From positions 81,158,001-81,222,000 of the forward strand of contig OZ024746.1 of assembly GCA_964016885.1 (NCBI GenBank): DNA of 64,000 nt. Direction: 5' to 3'. This DNA is from Eledone cirrhosa. Taxonomy: Eukaryota. Each line of letters starts with the position of its first letter. The first letter of the stretch is position 1. The notes under the pieces are model-generated. The model did no database searches. It saw only the letters and a list, made by a program, of their open reading frames with translations, and was not told where the DNA came from. The position numbers and the translations under genes were made by a program. This document shows positions 15,288-28,360 of the stretch, one piece after another.

Positions 15288-16189
15288 ACATTTTTCCACA
15301 TATAAATGACCAGACATTCATGAAACTAACCTCAATTTTCACAATCAAATTTGATATATCTATCAGTTGAAGATGTACTTGAGTGTAGTTTGAAACACTT
15401 ATGTCGAATATTATACACCGTAGGAAAGACAGTAATAAGCTTTTAACTCAACCATAGCAGTATAGAATGCGAGATGAAAAACCTAATGTCATCAGTTAAT
15501 ATTTTATAATGGAATAGAAGAAACAGCAAGAGAACCTAGACATAACCAACATGATTTTCATCGGAATTGGTCTGTCTATGTTGTTATATAGACAACCTAG
15601 ATGACAATACATTTTATTGCAGATGTGTGTGACTATATCTGAAGTAGGACAAAACCTCCTTAAACCCTCTATTACCATATTCTAAATGAAATGCCCTATT
15701 AACGTGTTACAATGCTTTTGAAAATAAGCAATAATTTATAAGGATTTAATAAAAAAAATAATTGACCTTTCCTAAGAAATAATTTTTATTTAAAATTATG
15801 ATGTATAGTTTGAATACAAATATGAACTCTTTACAATTAGAGGTTTTGTATATTATAAATATTAAGTTTCAGGTAGGTTGATGCCAAAGGGTTGTCTCTA
15901 CAGAAAAAAGTTGTGTACATGTGAGAATAGTACAAATTAACATTTTCACAGAGAAATATTTACTTCTGGTGTTTTACTATAGTTGGAAACAGTTCTTGCT
16001 TTTGAGAGGCTTTTTATGGTTTTAATCTGGTTTTGGATTTCACTGAATGTAATTGTTGGACAGATAATGTGCAGAATTGTTTAGTTTGGCTCATATCTGT
16101 TACAACAGCTATATCACTGCAGCTATAGATATGGTACATCACTCTAATTGCATAACATTTCATACCTGTTGTTGTTGACAAAATACTTT

Positions 16190-16376
16190 GCAGTATTCAG
16201 TTATGTACTTTTGCATTCTGAGATCTGATGTCATCGAAGTCAACTTTGCCTTTCATCCTTTTGAGGTCGATAAGATAAAGTACCAGTTAAGTACTGGGGT
16301 CTGTACAATAAATTCCCCTTCTTACAATTTGCTGACCTTGTGTCAAAAGTAGAAATCAATATTATTATTATTATTG
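16190..16376 (+). mobile_element. Octopus-type SINE
   Basis: Core CTTTGCCTTTCATCCTTTTGAGGTCGATAA and (ATT)n tail. Confidence 0.75.
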
Positions 16377-18993
16377 CTTGGTTGGTTTCTTTCTTTTAGC
16401 CTCCACTCTGTCAAGTTCAATGGATCCATTCCATTGTTAAAAATAGATGTCTCCAGCAAATAGTTATGGAATTTGCTGCTATGATATAAGTGAATATATC
16501 AGTCTAAACAGCTAGTGATCCACAGACTTACAATACATATAACTTCTCACATTATAGATAGTGTCAGTTATGATAAAATTAATGGTTCCAGTTGCCAATA
16601 GATCCTAACAAAAGTGAGACGAAAAAGCAGAATTACATACAAAAACATGACACAGTTTATTGATTTTTGTAATGATAAACTAATTTTATATGACATTACT
16701 CTGAGAAATGGCTCCCATAAATATAAAACAACCAGCACTTATGAATGCAAAATTTTCAGAGAAAACTTTTTTTCTCACATCTTTTCCACTTGGGTGGAAA
16801 TAAAAAATAATAGAATGAAAAAAATGACCCCAGAACATTGTTTTGTTTTGTATTGTTTGCTACAATAACTAGTCTACAAGGAAACCAACTATAAAATATC
16901 TCTCCCCTCAAAGAAGTGATGCAGATGAATCAACCAAATTTAAGCTGACAAGTATTTGACTATGAAGAAATACTTTAACAAATTACAACTTGCAGTAAAA
17001 CAAATTCAGAATTCGTCCTTTGGTATTTCAACCATCATGTGAACAAAGCTATTTAGTCAATCTAACCATGCCCAGCCAAGTTGGAATTTTACTGATTTTA
17101 CTGCCAATGGTATCATGTTAGTTTTATCATGGCCTCGTTTTAACCCTTCTGTTACCATATTTCTAATGAAATACATTGTACTTGAATGAATTAATTAATG
17201 ATTTGTATGGGTTTACTAAAATGATTAATTTCACTATTAGTTGGTCTCATTTGAGGATGTGACTGTATCATTTCAAGATGGTTGCTTCTGATAGGCCTCT
17301 TTTGAAGGTATGTCTGAAGACTCTGCCCCAACAATATCCTCAGGAATAACTAAGAAGGTTTTAATTTAAATAGGAACCATTAGAATTTGTGGTTTGGTTT
17401 CATAGAACCAGAGGTAGTTTTAGGCAGGTTAGTATCAAAAGGGTTATCAAGAATAGAACAAAATAACTAATACTATTGTTGTTATAAATAGTTACAGGAT
17501 TATCAAAAGTAGTACAAGTATATAGAGACTTAATGTTTATTAGGTTAAAGGTACTGGACAACTGACCATGCTGCTATAAATTCAAACTTTACAGCAACTA
17601 TTTTGCTAAGCCTCTCACTATAACAAATTGTATCAGCCAGCAACATAGTTAAGTGGTTTACTAGTAGGAAAATCCATGCAGCTATTATTTCTTTTTATGC
17701 AAATACTCGCATTTGCATAATCCCATCACATACATAAAAACAAGTAAAACACTCCTGAGAATTGGTTCATTTTTATTTGAATTCTGTGTTCTATGATACA
17801 TATTAATTTTTTGTTGAAATTTATAAACTTTCTTTGTATTATTATTTTTAAATGTTATAATAAATGAAATTATTATTTTCAGTTTCAACAGACAAAGGAA
17901 AATTCGATGGCCTGCTCAAAGTATTTTACTAAAATCATTTTAGAAAGCCAATACAGTACCATTTGCAATTCTTTCCATAGGGACCATATGGCAACACCCC
18001 ATTGATCTTTTGCAAGGGGCATACAAATTTTATGAGTGAAAACTAATACAAGGCATAACAAAACAAGTTTATACTTTTAAATTATATTTAAATATTTGGT
18101 TGTTAAACCCCTTTAACAGAAAAAATGGAAGTCAGTAACAAGCTGGTATCTAAATGATATCAGATTGTTCCTGAAATAGAGGATGGTAATGGGTTGGTAT
18201 TGAAAAGATACCAGCTTCTCACCATTCTCTATTTTTTCTTGCTAAAGAAGTTTTATCTCTGTTATCGTGAAATATTAAGTAAAAGTAGAAATTGTTTTGT
18301 TTTACTTTACTTCTGTTTTTACTTCTTTATTTCCAATTTGTATTGTACTGGCTTTCTAAAACTATTTATTTACTATTTGTTTGCTTTTTAAAATCAATTT
18401 TAGGGTCTTCGAAAGTTTTATTTAAAAGTTTTATTGTAAAGAAATATAATTAAATGATTGACTTTGTCTCTTATATTTTAGATATGTATTCAACAATATA
18501 TACAGACTAACACATTGTTTCTTGCTATACATGCCATTAATTCTATTATGTTACATGCAAACGACGATATTTAGCATCAAAGGTGAAATTTCAGAATACA
18601 GTAATATACTGATTGAATAATTGAACAAATTGATGGTTGAGGTAAAGAAATGATGAAACGAAGAGGGAAGGGGGGCATCTGGTGGAATTTTAGGAGGGGT
18701 TGTAACAGTAGCAGAGAGAGGAAAGGAAACGGCATATACATGGACTAATGGTTGTAGTTTTCATCACAAATAAGAGTGGAGTAACTAATATTGGACATTA
18801 ACCTTGTCAAGTATTTTGAATGTATTTTATGCAATGACAAATTTTTATGAAAACTTTATTTCCAATGTTGGTTTTGATTTATTGTAAAGACTCCAATTGT
18901 TTTTAAACTGATTTTGACATATAACACCTATTTTAATCATGAAAATCTAGACTGGTTTTTCTAACTTCTCTTTTTTGTTTTTTCTTTTTCTAG

Positions 18994-19181
18994 GACTGAA
19001 ACGAAAAGGCATAAAAGGAACCCCAGATTCTTCCCCAGAATCCAGTGAAAAAGCTCGGCAGGCAGCCAAAGCTCGCCAGGATGCTCGGCGAAAAATGATT
19101 GCAGACAAAAGGGCAGCCATGCGAAAACAGTCTAATGCATCGGCAAATCAAGAAGTTGAAATCTTCATCTCCGACAAATAA
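18994..19181 (+). CDS. Terminal coding exon of GKAP/DLGAP (SAPAP/vulcan-like, disks large-associated protein) family gene
   Basis: Strong polypyrimidine tract plus tag acceptor (18961-18993). Peptide ..KARQDARRKMIADKRAAMRKQSNASANQEVEIFISDK* resembles the DLGAP1-4 C-terminus (RQEARKRLMAAKRAASVRQNSATESA(D/E)SIEIY) as recalled. Stop TAA at 19179-19181. Confidence 0.8.
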
Positions 19182-19261
19182 TTGTGCAAACAACTAATCC
19201 AGTCACAATATATATTTATTCTAGGTATACCTGGATAGGTGTTCGCTTATGAAGATAAATG

Positions 19262-19398
19262 AATAAAGAAACATATATATTATATATTAGTGCTATTTTT
19301 TCTTTTCCTTCTAATTATTTTTAATTTATTCATATTTTTATTTTGTGAACTCCGCTCTCAATAAATGATGTGCTATCATTTAGAAATATTAAAATAAA
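19262..19398 (+). terminator. Candidate polyadenylation signals of the DLGAP-like gene
   Basis: AATAAA at 19262, 19360 and 19393 downstream of the stop. The region is AT-rich, so this is weak evidence. Confidence 0.35.
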
Positions 19399-21699
19399 CG
19401 AAAAGCAAAAAGCTACTGGAACACAGTTTAACTTCTGATGGCTTCTGGGGGCCTTAACTATGAAGTCATTTTAAACCAACTTGGATCTGTTCATTTTCTC
19501 TCTAAACCCGGCAAGTTCTATTTTAAATTCTAATTTGGAAGATATGTGGACCAAGTAAACTTTTTGAAAAGATTTTGTTGTTTGTTGTTTTTATCATTCA
19601 TTTTACAGCGCTCTAAATATTCTGCTAGTCAGCTGCTCTTGACAAGAACCCAGAAGAATAAAATGAAGAATTTTAACTCAGAATGCAAGAAGCTAGAATA
19701 GATACTGCAAGCTATTTTATCCAATGCTCTGATGCTGTTGCTAATTCACCATTTGATTCTATAAATTTCAAAGTATATAAAATTTAATCTTACACCTACT
19801 AATTTTTCTTTTGATTAACCTCCAAAAGGCTTTTCAACTATAAATTTTCAAAGTCTGTCTCTGCTTCACAATCATTAGGTCTCTGGTTCAATCCCACAGC
19901 ATGGCATCTTGGGTAACTGTCATTTATCATAGCTTTGATTCAACCCATGCCTTGTGAGTGAAATTGAGTAGACAGATATTGTTTAGAAACCCATCAAATG
20001 GAATTGTAATTAAAAGGACTAGCCTTATTATACTGTCTTGTTCAATCTCCCTAAGAATTACATTAAGGGTACATTTGCCCATGGAGTGTTTATTAGCGGG
20101 CTGTTCCATTGATGAAACAACTGCAGCACTTATCATTGAAACCAATGAATGTCTAGTCAAAGCAACTGCGTGTACAAAACTTTTCCTCTGGATGAGATAC
20201 CAAGTCTTTTTATTTTTCAACTGAGTGAACTGGAGCAAAATGAAATGAAGTGTCTTACACAATGACTCTGCATTTTTTTCTTATGTTTATAGTCCTTCTT
20301 TATCTTCTTTCATGACAAATAAAAACATTTGCAGTTAAAGAAACAAGTAACTTCTGATATGAGATAATTTCAACTATTGGAGACTGATGTATAAAGTCTT
20401 ATTTAGTAATCAAAACAGATAATACAATCTGTTAAGAATTTTCTAATTGATTTTTCATCATCATAATCATCATCGTTTAACATCCATTTTTTCCACGCTA
20501 GCATGGGCTATTTTAAACTGCCTAATGAGTGAATGGTTTTTCTTCTCAAAATCTTTATTTTCTAAAGTTTGGTAAGAATAACACTATGCTTCACTGAGAA
20601 TGTCTAATAAGAGTGAAACATGTCTGTATTTGTCATCATACTTAGCAAAACTTGTATACTCATTACTGCATGGTTCCAACGTTTAATCAATTTGGGTTTC
20701 AGAGTTATCTCTCTTGATATTCATAGCACAAATGATCATTAATTCTATTTTTCGTTTCCTTATTGGTATAGTATTACATAATTTAATGCTCTCTCTCTGT
20801 CCTGGAATGCACCTGGTTACCACTTGAGAAAGTGTCACTGCATGAAGAAGACCAAATAATAATGTAGTTAAACAAAAGACTTCTTCACTAAAATGCGTTC
20901 TGTTCCACTTAAAGTCAATCCTAATTTTGTTATCTGTTCATATAAATAAAAACTGGCATGTGTATATGAAATGGGAGGGTGAGAGGAAAGAGGGAGAGTA
21001 GGGAAAAGAGAAATACTGTGACTGACAAAGAGGCGAAGAAAGACAGATAGATTGTTAAAATTACACAGAAATGATAGATGTCATATTACAAACAACAGAT
21101 TTTGTTTTGTGTTTCTTATTTTGAAGCCATGAAGGACTGCAGCCTCGTGATTAGGGTGTTGGACTAACTTAGTGTTTAGGTTGAGGATTTGATCCCTGGA
21201 CTATATATCATATTGTATCCTTAAGCAAAGCACTTCATTTCACATACCTCTAGTTCACTCAATTGAATAAAATAATACAATGATGGGATCCATGGCAACA
21301 ACACCAGTAACCCTACCCCATAAATAAACAAAAGATGAACATATTTCGTTTATTTATGGTAGCTAAAATCATTCAACCTGTTTTAATATTTAGGCTTGAC
21401 CTAGGGAAATAAGTTGCATACATATAATGCAGATTCAACAAGCTTTTTACATTTTAAGAAGCTATATGTTCTTTACCTTTATATAGTTCTATTATCAACT
21501 CACGTATATATATATATTATACATATATATTATTAGAATTCAAATTTTCAGAGTATCAAGAAGAATCCAATAAGCTGGAGAATAAATATCAGTCTCATAT
21601 CATAGGGCCTAATATTTGACAAGTAAGGCAACTCTAAACTGTCTACAACAGAAATTATCGAGTTATCTCCCTTGCCTATAAAAACTTCTCAAAAGGAAT

Positions 21700-21850
21700 A
21701 ATTGTTTCTATTTTTGGCACAACGCCAGCAATTACTAGTACTTTGTTTTATCGACCCCCGTAAGGAAGAAAGGCAAAGTTAACCTCGCTGGGATTTGAAC
21801 TCATATTGTAAAGGGTCGCAACTCTGTGCTGAAAATCATCGTATCTGACA
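21700..21850 (-). mobile_element. Octopus-type SINE
   Basis: Reverse complement of the SINE core (TTTTATCGACCCC..GAAAGGCAAAGTTAACCTCG..GATTTGAACTC). Confidence 0.75.
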
Positions 21851-22296
21851 ATAATAATAGAGAGGTAGTGTTTAAAAATAATATTTCAGTATTTGAACAC
21901 TAAATTAAGGTATATGTTTAAAAGGTGGCTGATTGATATACACACACACACATATATATAGAGAGAGATATATACATACATAGACACACAAACACACGCA
22001 CGCACACATACATACATGCATGCATCAAGGTAGAAAATAACTGTAACCACTTCAAATTAGCGGAGAAAAATGTGATAGACTCGTTGGTGTAATGATAGCA
22101 TATCAGACAGGCAAGTCTGAAGTTGTGGGTTCCAGTCCCACATGTGATAATGTCCATTTTTTTCTGTTTGGGGTTTATAATGAAAATTTTCTCAATATTC
22201 GATGAAGCCATTTCTATATTAAATTTGTTGTTTACACTCTACTAATGCATTGAGTACCTTACTTACTGTGGTTACCCCCGATTGAACCCCGGACTC

Positions 22297-22330
<34 letters not shown>

Positions 22331-22496
22331 ATAACACACACACACACGCGCATAATCTATTGAAAGAATTACATCATTTCTATTGTTTAGTTACATGCCA
22401 ACTCTAGTCGTGCAGAGCTAATATCACGATTTCTCCAGCCAGGACCATCCCAACACGACATTAATTTATTCTTGCCCTTCCCTCTGCTCTATCTTC

Positions 22497-22535
<39 letters not shown>

Positions 22536-22702
22536 CGTGGTAATATGCTTTGATGGAGATCAGTTCCTGCGACAATGTAAATAAAAGCTTTCTCGTAATC
22601 AGGAGTTACAAGTTATTTCCCTTTATAGAAAATAAGCGAGATTATTTCGCTTCGTGAATTTGTATGATAATAACTGATATTTCTTACTAAGAATTCCTAT
22701 AT

Positions 22703-22826
22703 GGGATCAAGCCGGATCAGTTGGAGACGGTTGCTTCTGACAGAACCCGTTGGAGGGATGTTTGAGGACTCTGTCCCCATGACCCTCTCAGGAATAAGTG
22801 GGCGAAGAAAGAAATAGAAGAAGAAG
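22703..22826 (+). mobile_element. Short 5'-truncated RTE LINE 3' end (same family as 14461-14731)
   Basis: Matches 14637-14731; (GAA)n tail; perfect 14-bp TSD aagaattcctatat at 22689-22702 and 22827-22840. Confidence 0.85.
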
Positions 22827-23242
22827 AAGAATTCCTATATAATCGGAAAATGTTTTTTTCCTAATAAATCTAGTTTGTAATTCAAGGGACATAACTAGTA
22901 TTTTCAGTAGTTTACGTCCCTTGAAATACCATCATTAGCCTTTCGCTGAATGTATTCAAAAAAGTATATTATGCTATCTGAATTGAAAAAGATATATATA
23001 TATATATATATATTCACAGTTGCAAAAATGATATTACAAATTGTTCACAGTTCTTTCAGAATGAAAATATAAACACATAATAAATACAATTAAATATTGC
23101 TAGGAAATCACAAATATAAGGCACAAAAATACATGATCAAAGCGAGAGAAAGAGAAAAAATAGAAAAGAAAAGGGGAAAACAAAAACCAAAGCGACCATG
23201 AATTGACCACCAAGTGCGACAATCGGTGGCACATCATAAACA

Positions 23243-23742
23243 TCAAAGGAAATGTCTGAGGCAAGCCAATATGCTCGCAACATTACCATAGGTGATGGCG
23301 AGGCTAAGGTGCTGGAACAACCAGGCCCCTTCATTGGCATCACCTAACACAGAGGTTCTCAAACCTTTTGGGCCACTGACCCCCCCCCCCCTCACGGCCA
23401 CGTAATACCCCCAGCGCCTCCACCTCTATTTCCAGAGAGACCTGCCTACACGCAAATTGTAAATAATAATAATAAATAATAATAATAAATAAAATGTTTA
23501 ATTTATATATAATAAATAATATAATATGATATATATCATTTGATATTTAATATACTATTATATCATCTCTACCGCCCCCTTAGGCCCCAGCGCTCCATGG
23601 ACCTTCTCAGGGACCCCTCCCCTCCTTAGCGCCCACTTTGTGAACCTCTGGCCTAACACCTCAGTAAGGCGTACTGCCAACGATGACAAGAACTTCGATG
23701 TCAGCGGCCCAACTCCAACAAATGTCTCGAACGCCACAGGAT
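23243..23742 (-). mobile_element. CRE-clade non-LTR retrotransposon C-terminal (RLE) fragment interrupted by a MITE
   Basis: Removing the MITE and one TSD restores DPVAFETFVGVGPLTSKFLSSLAVRLTEVLGDANEGAWLFQHLSLAITYGNVASILACLRHFL*, matching the CRE-type P.A.ET.G..G...GD..E..FLFQRLSLAIQRGNA terminus. Confidence 0.75.
23350..23650. mobile_element. hAT-type MITE
   Basis: TIRs CAGAGGTTCTCAAA / TTTGTGAACCTCTG; 8-bp TSD acctaaca / gcctaaca. Confidence 0.8.
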
Positions 23743-24517
23743 CTAATATTCATTTTGATAAGCAAGGTACAAGTTCTGCTTTACACGTGATATCATAGTA
23801 TTGAAGCACATCTAGTATTGTCTTCCGTACTGAGAAAATTAAAATAAAACTTTTCAATAACTAATGCCTTTTTTCTCTGTGGCATGTTTATTTTTTGTTA
23901 GCTTTTGTATAATGATTTTTCTAATTTCCGCACAAATTCAGCAATATGCGGGGAAGAGAAATTCGATAATATTGGTCCCAGTACTTGACGTCGGCGGGAT
24001 TTGAAACTAGAACCTAAATGGCCATTATTAAATGCTGTAAAAGATACTGTCTGGTGCTATAAAGATTCCGTTAATCCAACGTTTAATTTTTAATTTTTTC
24101 TACATTTGACACACGGCCAGCAATTTGAAGGGAAGGGTAAAGTCGATTGAATCGATCTCAGTGTGTTATTGGTATTTCATTTTATTAACGACGTAAGAAC
24201 TAGTATATAATGTGAGCGAATCGGTTCTGTCCTGGAGTCATATACCACGAAAATCTCTTACTCAAGAACCCAGGAAACTGAGCAGGTTCCACCTGGAGGC
24301 AAGGACTTCAAGGATAAAACATCTGTATGTGTATTCTCTATAATTTATATATATATATATAAGATACCAGGTGGTATCATAACGCCTCAGAGTACTCGAT
24401 ACTCGGGGTAGCAGAGTGGGTAATATGAAGAGATTCAGGACCCCATCGGCTGAGCTCCGGCCGTTTCGATAGCTAGACCCGAACGGTTCAGATCTACACT
24501 CATTTAAACGATGAGTT

Positions 24518-24548
<31 letters not shown>

Positions 24549-24680
24549 TGTTATACTTTGGGAGGGTCATGTTGCCAATAAGAAACACACGCACCAGTTG
24601 CTTTCACTTCAATTTATTATCACAATATCGGTTTCAACACACGTTTTCAGATAAAGAATCTTGCTAAACAAATTCAGAAA

Positions 24681-24723
<43 letters not shown>

Positions 24724-25027
24724 CACACACGAGCTCATCGTTTAAATATGAATAATTACGAAAACGGTGCTAATTTTCCATATGTTATATTCCAGTGAAT
24801 TACAAAGTTTACATCCTGTCTTCGTAATTATATACACACAGGTGCTTTTTTCAAAAAATAAATGTTCGGTACTTCATCCTCTCACTCTCTATATTTCTAT
24901 TTCATCTTATATTTCTCATTGTATCTTCTAATGAAGGACTAGTGTCCAACACGTAAATACTTTTTTCCTACTATATCAAGCGTTAAAGTTATATATTTCT
25001 TCACTTTGCTTTGTTGTTTCCGTTTGC

Positions 25028-25071
<44 letters not shown>

Positions 25072-25155
25072 TGTGTGTGTGTATATATATGTATATATAT
25101 ATATATATATATAAACTTTGTTGAATGATAATCAACAAACCATATAACTCATTGT

Positions 25156-25329
<174 letters not shown>

Positions 25330-25983
25330 GTGTATATATATGTGTGTATATATAGCCCTACCCTGAAGGGTACTTTTGTCACATAGCCGCCTCGACAAAA
25401 AATAGCTACCAGCATATAATGCACGAATGTAAAAACCAAATCCCTGTAGAAGAGATTTAATTCTGTCTTGATGATCAAGAGTAGTTTCATTATATAACTT
25501 TAGTTTTACTGGCAGTAACGAGAGCGGAATCACAATCCGTTCATACAATAACTAGCAACCAGTCTTCTCAAAATACTGGATTGTTTTTCAATTACTTAAA
25601 AAAGCCCGAGTGCATGGTATTTTCAATTCTCACTCCACTAATTGATGAGAACAATACAGCTGATATTCATATTGAAAATCTGTAGGTCAAAGTCTGCAGG
25701 AAAAACGTGATCCTTTACGTTGTCTGTACATTTTACCAAAAGGGGTGACTAAATTAGTAAACACCTGTTTTACATTCTTCTTCATAGAAACAACTGATAC
25801 TGCAATGACGTAATCAGGTTTAAAACATTGCAAGATAAGACGAGATAAGACATTACTTGCCGTTCATTCCTTTTGTAAGTAGAAATTATGGCTAAAAATA
25901 AAACAAAGAAAAATAACAAAAAATAGACAAAAACTAGTCTGAGGAGCCCAGTGATGGTCGAGGTCTGCAAAATACAGTGAATA

Positions 25984-26031
<48 letters not shown>

Positions 26032-26393
26032 TAGCTAACTTAGTCATTTACAATACAAACACTTATATGTTGGTATTTGTGTTTTATCATATATATTAAT
26101 TTATATTAACTTGTATTACACGGCCTCAGAAATACTTCTTTCTTTGAGCTATTTCATTGTAAAGGACTGCTTGAGTTTAGAACTCATTATTCTTAGTATA
26201 TATATATATATGTATATATATAGTTATGTAATAAACAACATAAGATAATTATTTCATTTACCAGTGGTTTCTTGAAGACAAATATTTATGTGTCTTCATT
26301 CATCAGAAGAAAATTTATTTAGCACTCTCTTTTCCTTTACCTTTCCTACGGAAATACTTCATATATTGTATACTTCATGTATATGTATATGTT

Positions 26394-26600
<207 letters not shown>

Positions 26601-26753
26601 GTATATATATATATATAATATAATATAATATAAAGAATGATGTGCATGGATGCTAGGTCTGCAAAATACAGTGCATATATATGTATATATATATTTATAT
26701 ATATGTGTATATGTATATGTATATGTATATATATATTTATATATATGTGTATA

Positions 26754-26804
<51 letters not shown>

Positions 26805-26933
26805 ATATAACATAACATAATATAATATAAAGAATGATACGCATGGATGCTACAAAATAGCTTATAAAATAGAGTGAATGTGGAAAAATAAGTTACCATC
26901 GGTCGCTATATATTATATATATACATATACATT

Positions 26934-26995
<62 letters not shown>

Positions 26996-27025
26996 GATAT
27001 ACTTATATATACATATATATATATA

Positions 27026-27160
27026 CATGATGATTTCTAATGAATGAAACAGTTCTAGTCTTGTAGATGACATTTCTAAATATATACCATCTTCACTAAT
27101 GTATTGAGTAGTTTATTTAACTGGGGTTCCTACGTTCTTCTCCGAAAAACCATTCTTATA
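27026..27160 (+). mobile_element. Penelope-like terminal fragment with degenerate hammerhead (family of 48002-48137)
   Basis: ATGATGA-tttctaatgaat-GAAA-cag ttctagtc ttg-TA, followed by the shared AATGTATTGAGTA tail; flanked by (TA)n. Confidence 0.5.
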
Positions 27161-27499
27161 TATATATATATATACACGCACGCTTACACACACACACACA
27201 TATATATATACACATATATTTATATCTATATAATGTTGATGCAGGTTAATATCTGTAAATACAGTCGGTTGTTATATATAGCTTAGAAAATCGTGTAAAT
27301 AACCTTTACAGACGGAAAAGTTTTATCAGCAGTCGTTACGAGGAATCGAACTATATATCTTTCAGATATCGGCTGAGTGTTCTAACCATTGAACTCAATA
27401 GATCTCCATATTTGACAAGAAAATGTTATAATAGTAGATTTTTCCATGAAAGTTTAGAAGTGAAGAACGAGGAGACTGGGGTGTTCTGGCCTTTTGCAT

Positions 27500-27765
27500 T
27501 TTGAGTTCTTGGTTGGCAGACGTGATCTTTTCCTGGTTTAACATCACCACCTGGTTATTGGGTGTTTTTTTGAGAAGTTCAATCTCTTGCAAGCATTCGG
27601 ACCAAAGCTCTAGTTTCAGGATAACTTCTTTCCCACCAGCAGCATTCCTGGATACCAGGAAAAAACGAAGGGTCATGAACATTGACTTTCCCTTTCAGAC
27701 TATGACGAAACAAAAGGCGCAGGTTCTCATCGCAACATCAATCCTGTATTGAGTTCATGGGCACG
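27500..27765 (-). mobile_element. Decayed RTE-like RT fragment
   Basis: LFVIV...EVILKLELWSECLQEIEL resembles the RTE region after YADD (EVNEKLELWRECLE). Confidence 0.45.
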
Positions 27766-27814
27766 CGTTAAGTAGTACCAGTAATTTACTAAAACACAAA
27801 CACTTAAGTATATT

Positions 27815-27885
27815 GCCAGGTGGTGCTATTAAGTTAGACATGGTCTGGGCCAACACTGGCCGAAACCTATCAAAGTTAAAGTTAT
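27815..27885 (+). mobile_element. 3' end of CR1/L2-group LINE (same as 50826-50890)
   Basis: gccaggtggtgctattaagttagacatggtctgggccaacactggcc matches the 3' UTR of the LINE at 50826-51263. Confidence 0.65.
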
Positions 27886-28075
27886 GATACAAAACCATTT
27901 TGTATATCAAAATATTCGTTGCTGGTCTATGATTAACGACATTCCAGTCGCGACCACCCCGTCTATTTTATGTATATCTAAGACGACCTTGCTGGTTTAA
28001 CTGACTCTTACAATTGCTATTACAATTGCCTATTACTATTGTCTATTACTATTGTCTATTACTATTGTCTTTGTT

Positions 28076-28182
28076 GTATTTGCTTCAGAAGTACATATCC
28101 TAATATTGGAAAGATACAGAGAGGGTTAGCATGGCTCCTGTGCATGGATGACACGCACATTCGTGAAAGTTCTATATTTTTT
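28076..28182 (+). pseudogene. U6: U6 snRNA-like copy (probable pseudogene)
   Basis: Full-length similarity to U6: ACAGAGA box (28116-28122), AGC triad (28128-28130), GGATGACACGCA, terminal TATTTTT. About 17 differences from the vertebrate sequence by eye, including ISL changes (GGCTCCTGTGCATGG vs GGCCCCTGCGCAAGG). Confidence 0.9.
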
Positions 28183-28195
28183 ACATAAAGACATT

Positions 28196-28360
28196 GAATT
28201 GGCAGAGTCAGTAGAGCGTCGGACAAATGTGTAGTGATATGTTTACGGCTCTTTACCATATGAGTTCAAATCCCGTCGAGGTCAACTTTGCGTTACATCC
28301 TTTCGAGGTCTTTCTACTCCCCCAAATGTTTGGCCGTATACCTAAAATAGTAATCATTGC
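28196..28360 (+). mobile_element. Octopus-type SINE with internal deletion; tail continues into the satellite
   Basis: TGGCAGAGTCAGTAGAGCGTCGGAC head, GAGTTCAAATCCCGTCGAGGTCAACTTTGC core, 3' end CCTAAAATAGTAATCATT. Confidence 0.8.

Noticed and set aside
17883-17920. Possible extra exon (VSTDKGKFDGLLK) in the last intron
   Set aside because: Has an acceptor-like site, but the only donor gives a phase incompatible with the phase-1 terminal exon.
24925-24960. CTAATGA-aggac tagt gtcc-AACACGTAAA hammerhead-like remnant (similar weak cases at ~15367, ~20604, ~25949, ~43408, ~46160)
   Set aside because: Two or more core positions are mutated or half of the core is missing. They may be decayed Penelope ribozymes but cannot be supported individually.
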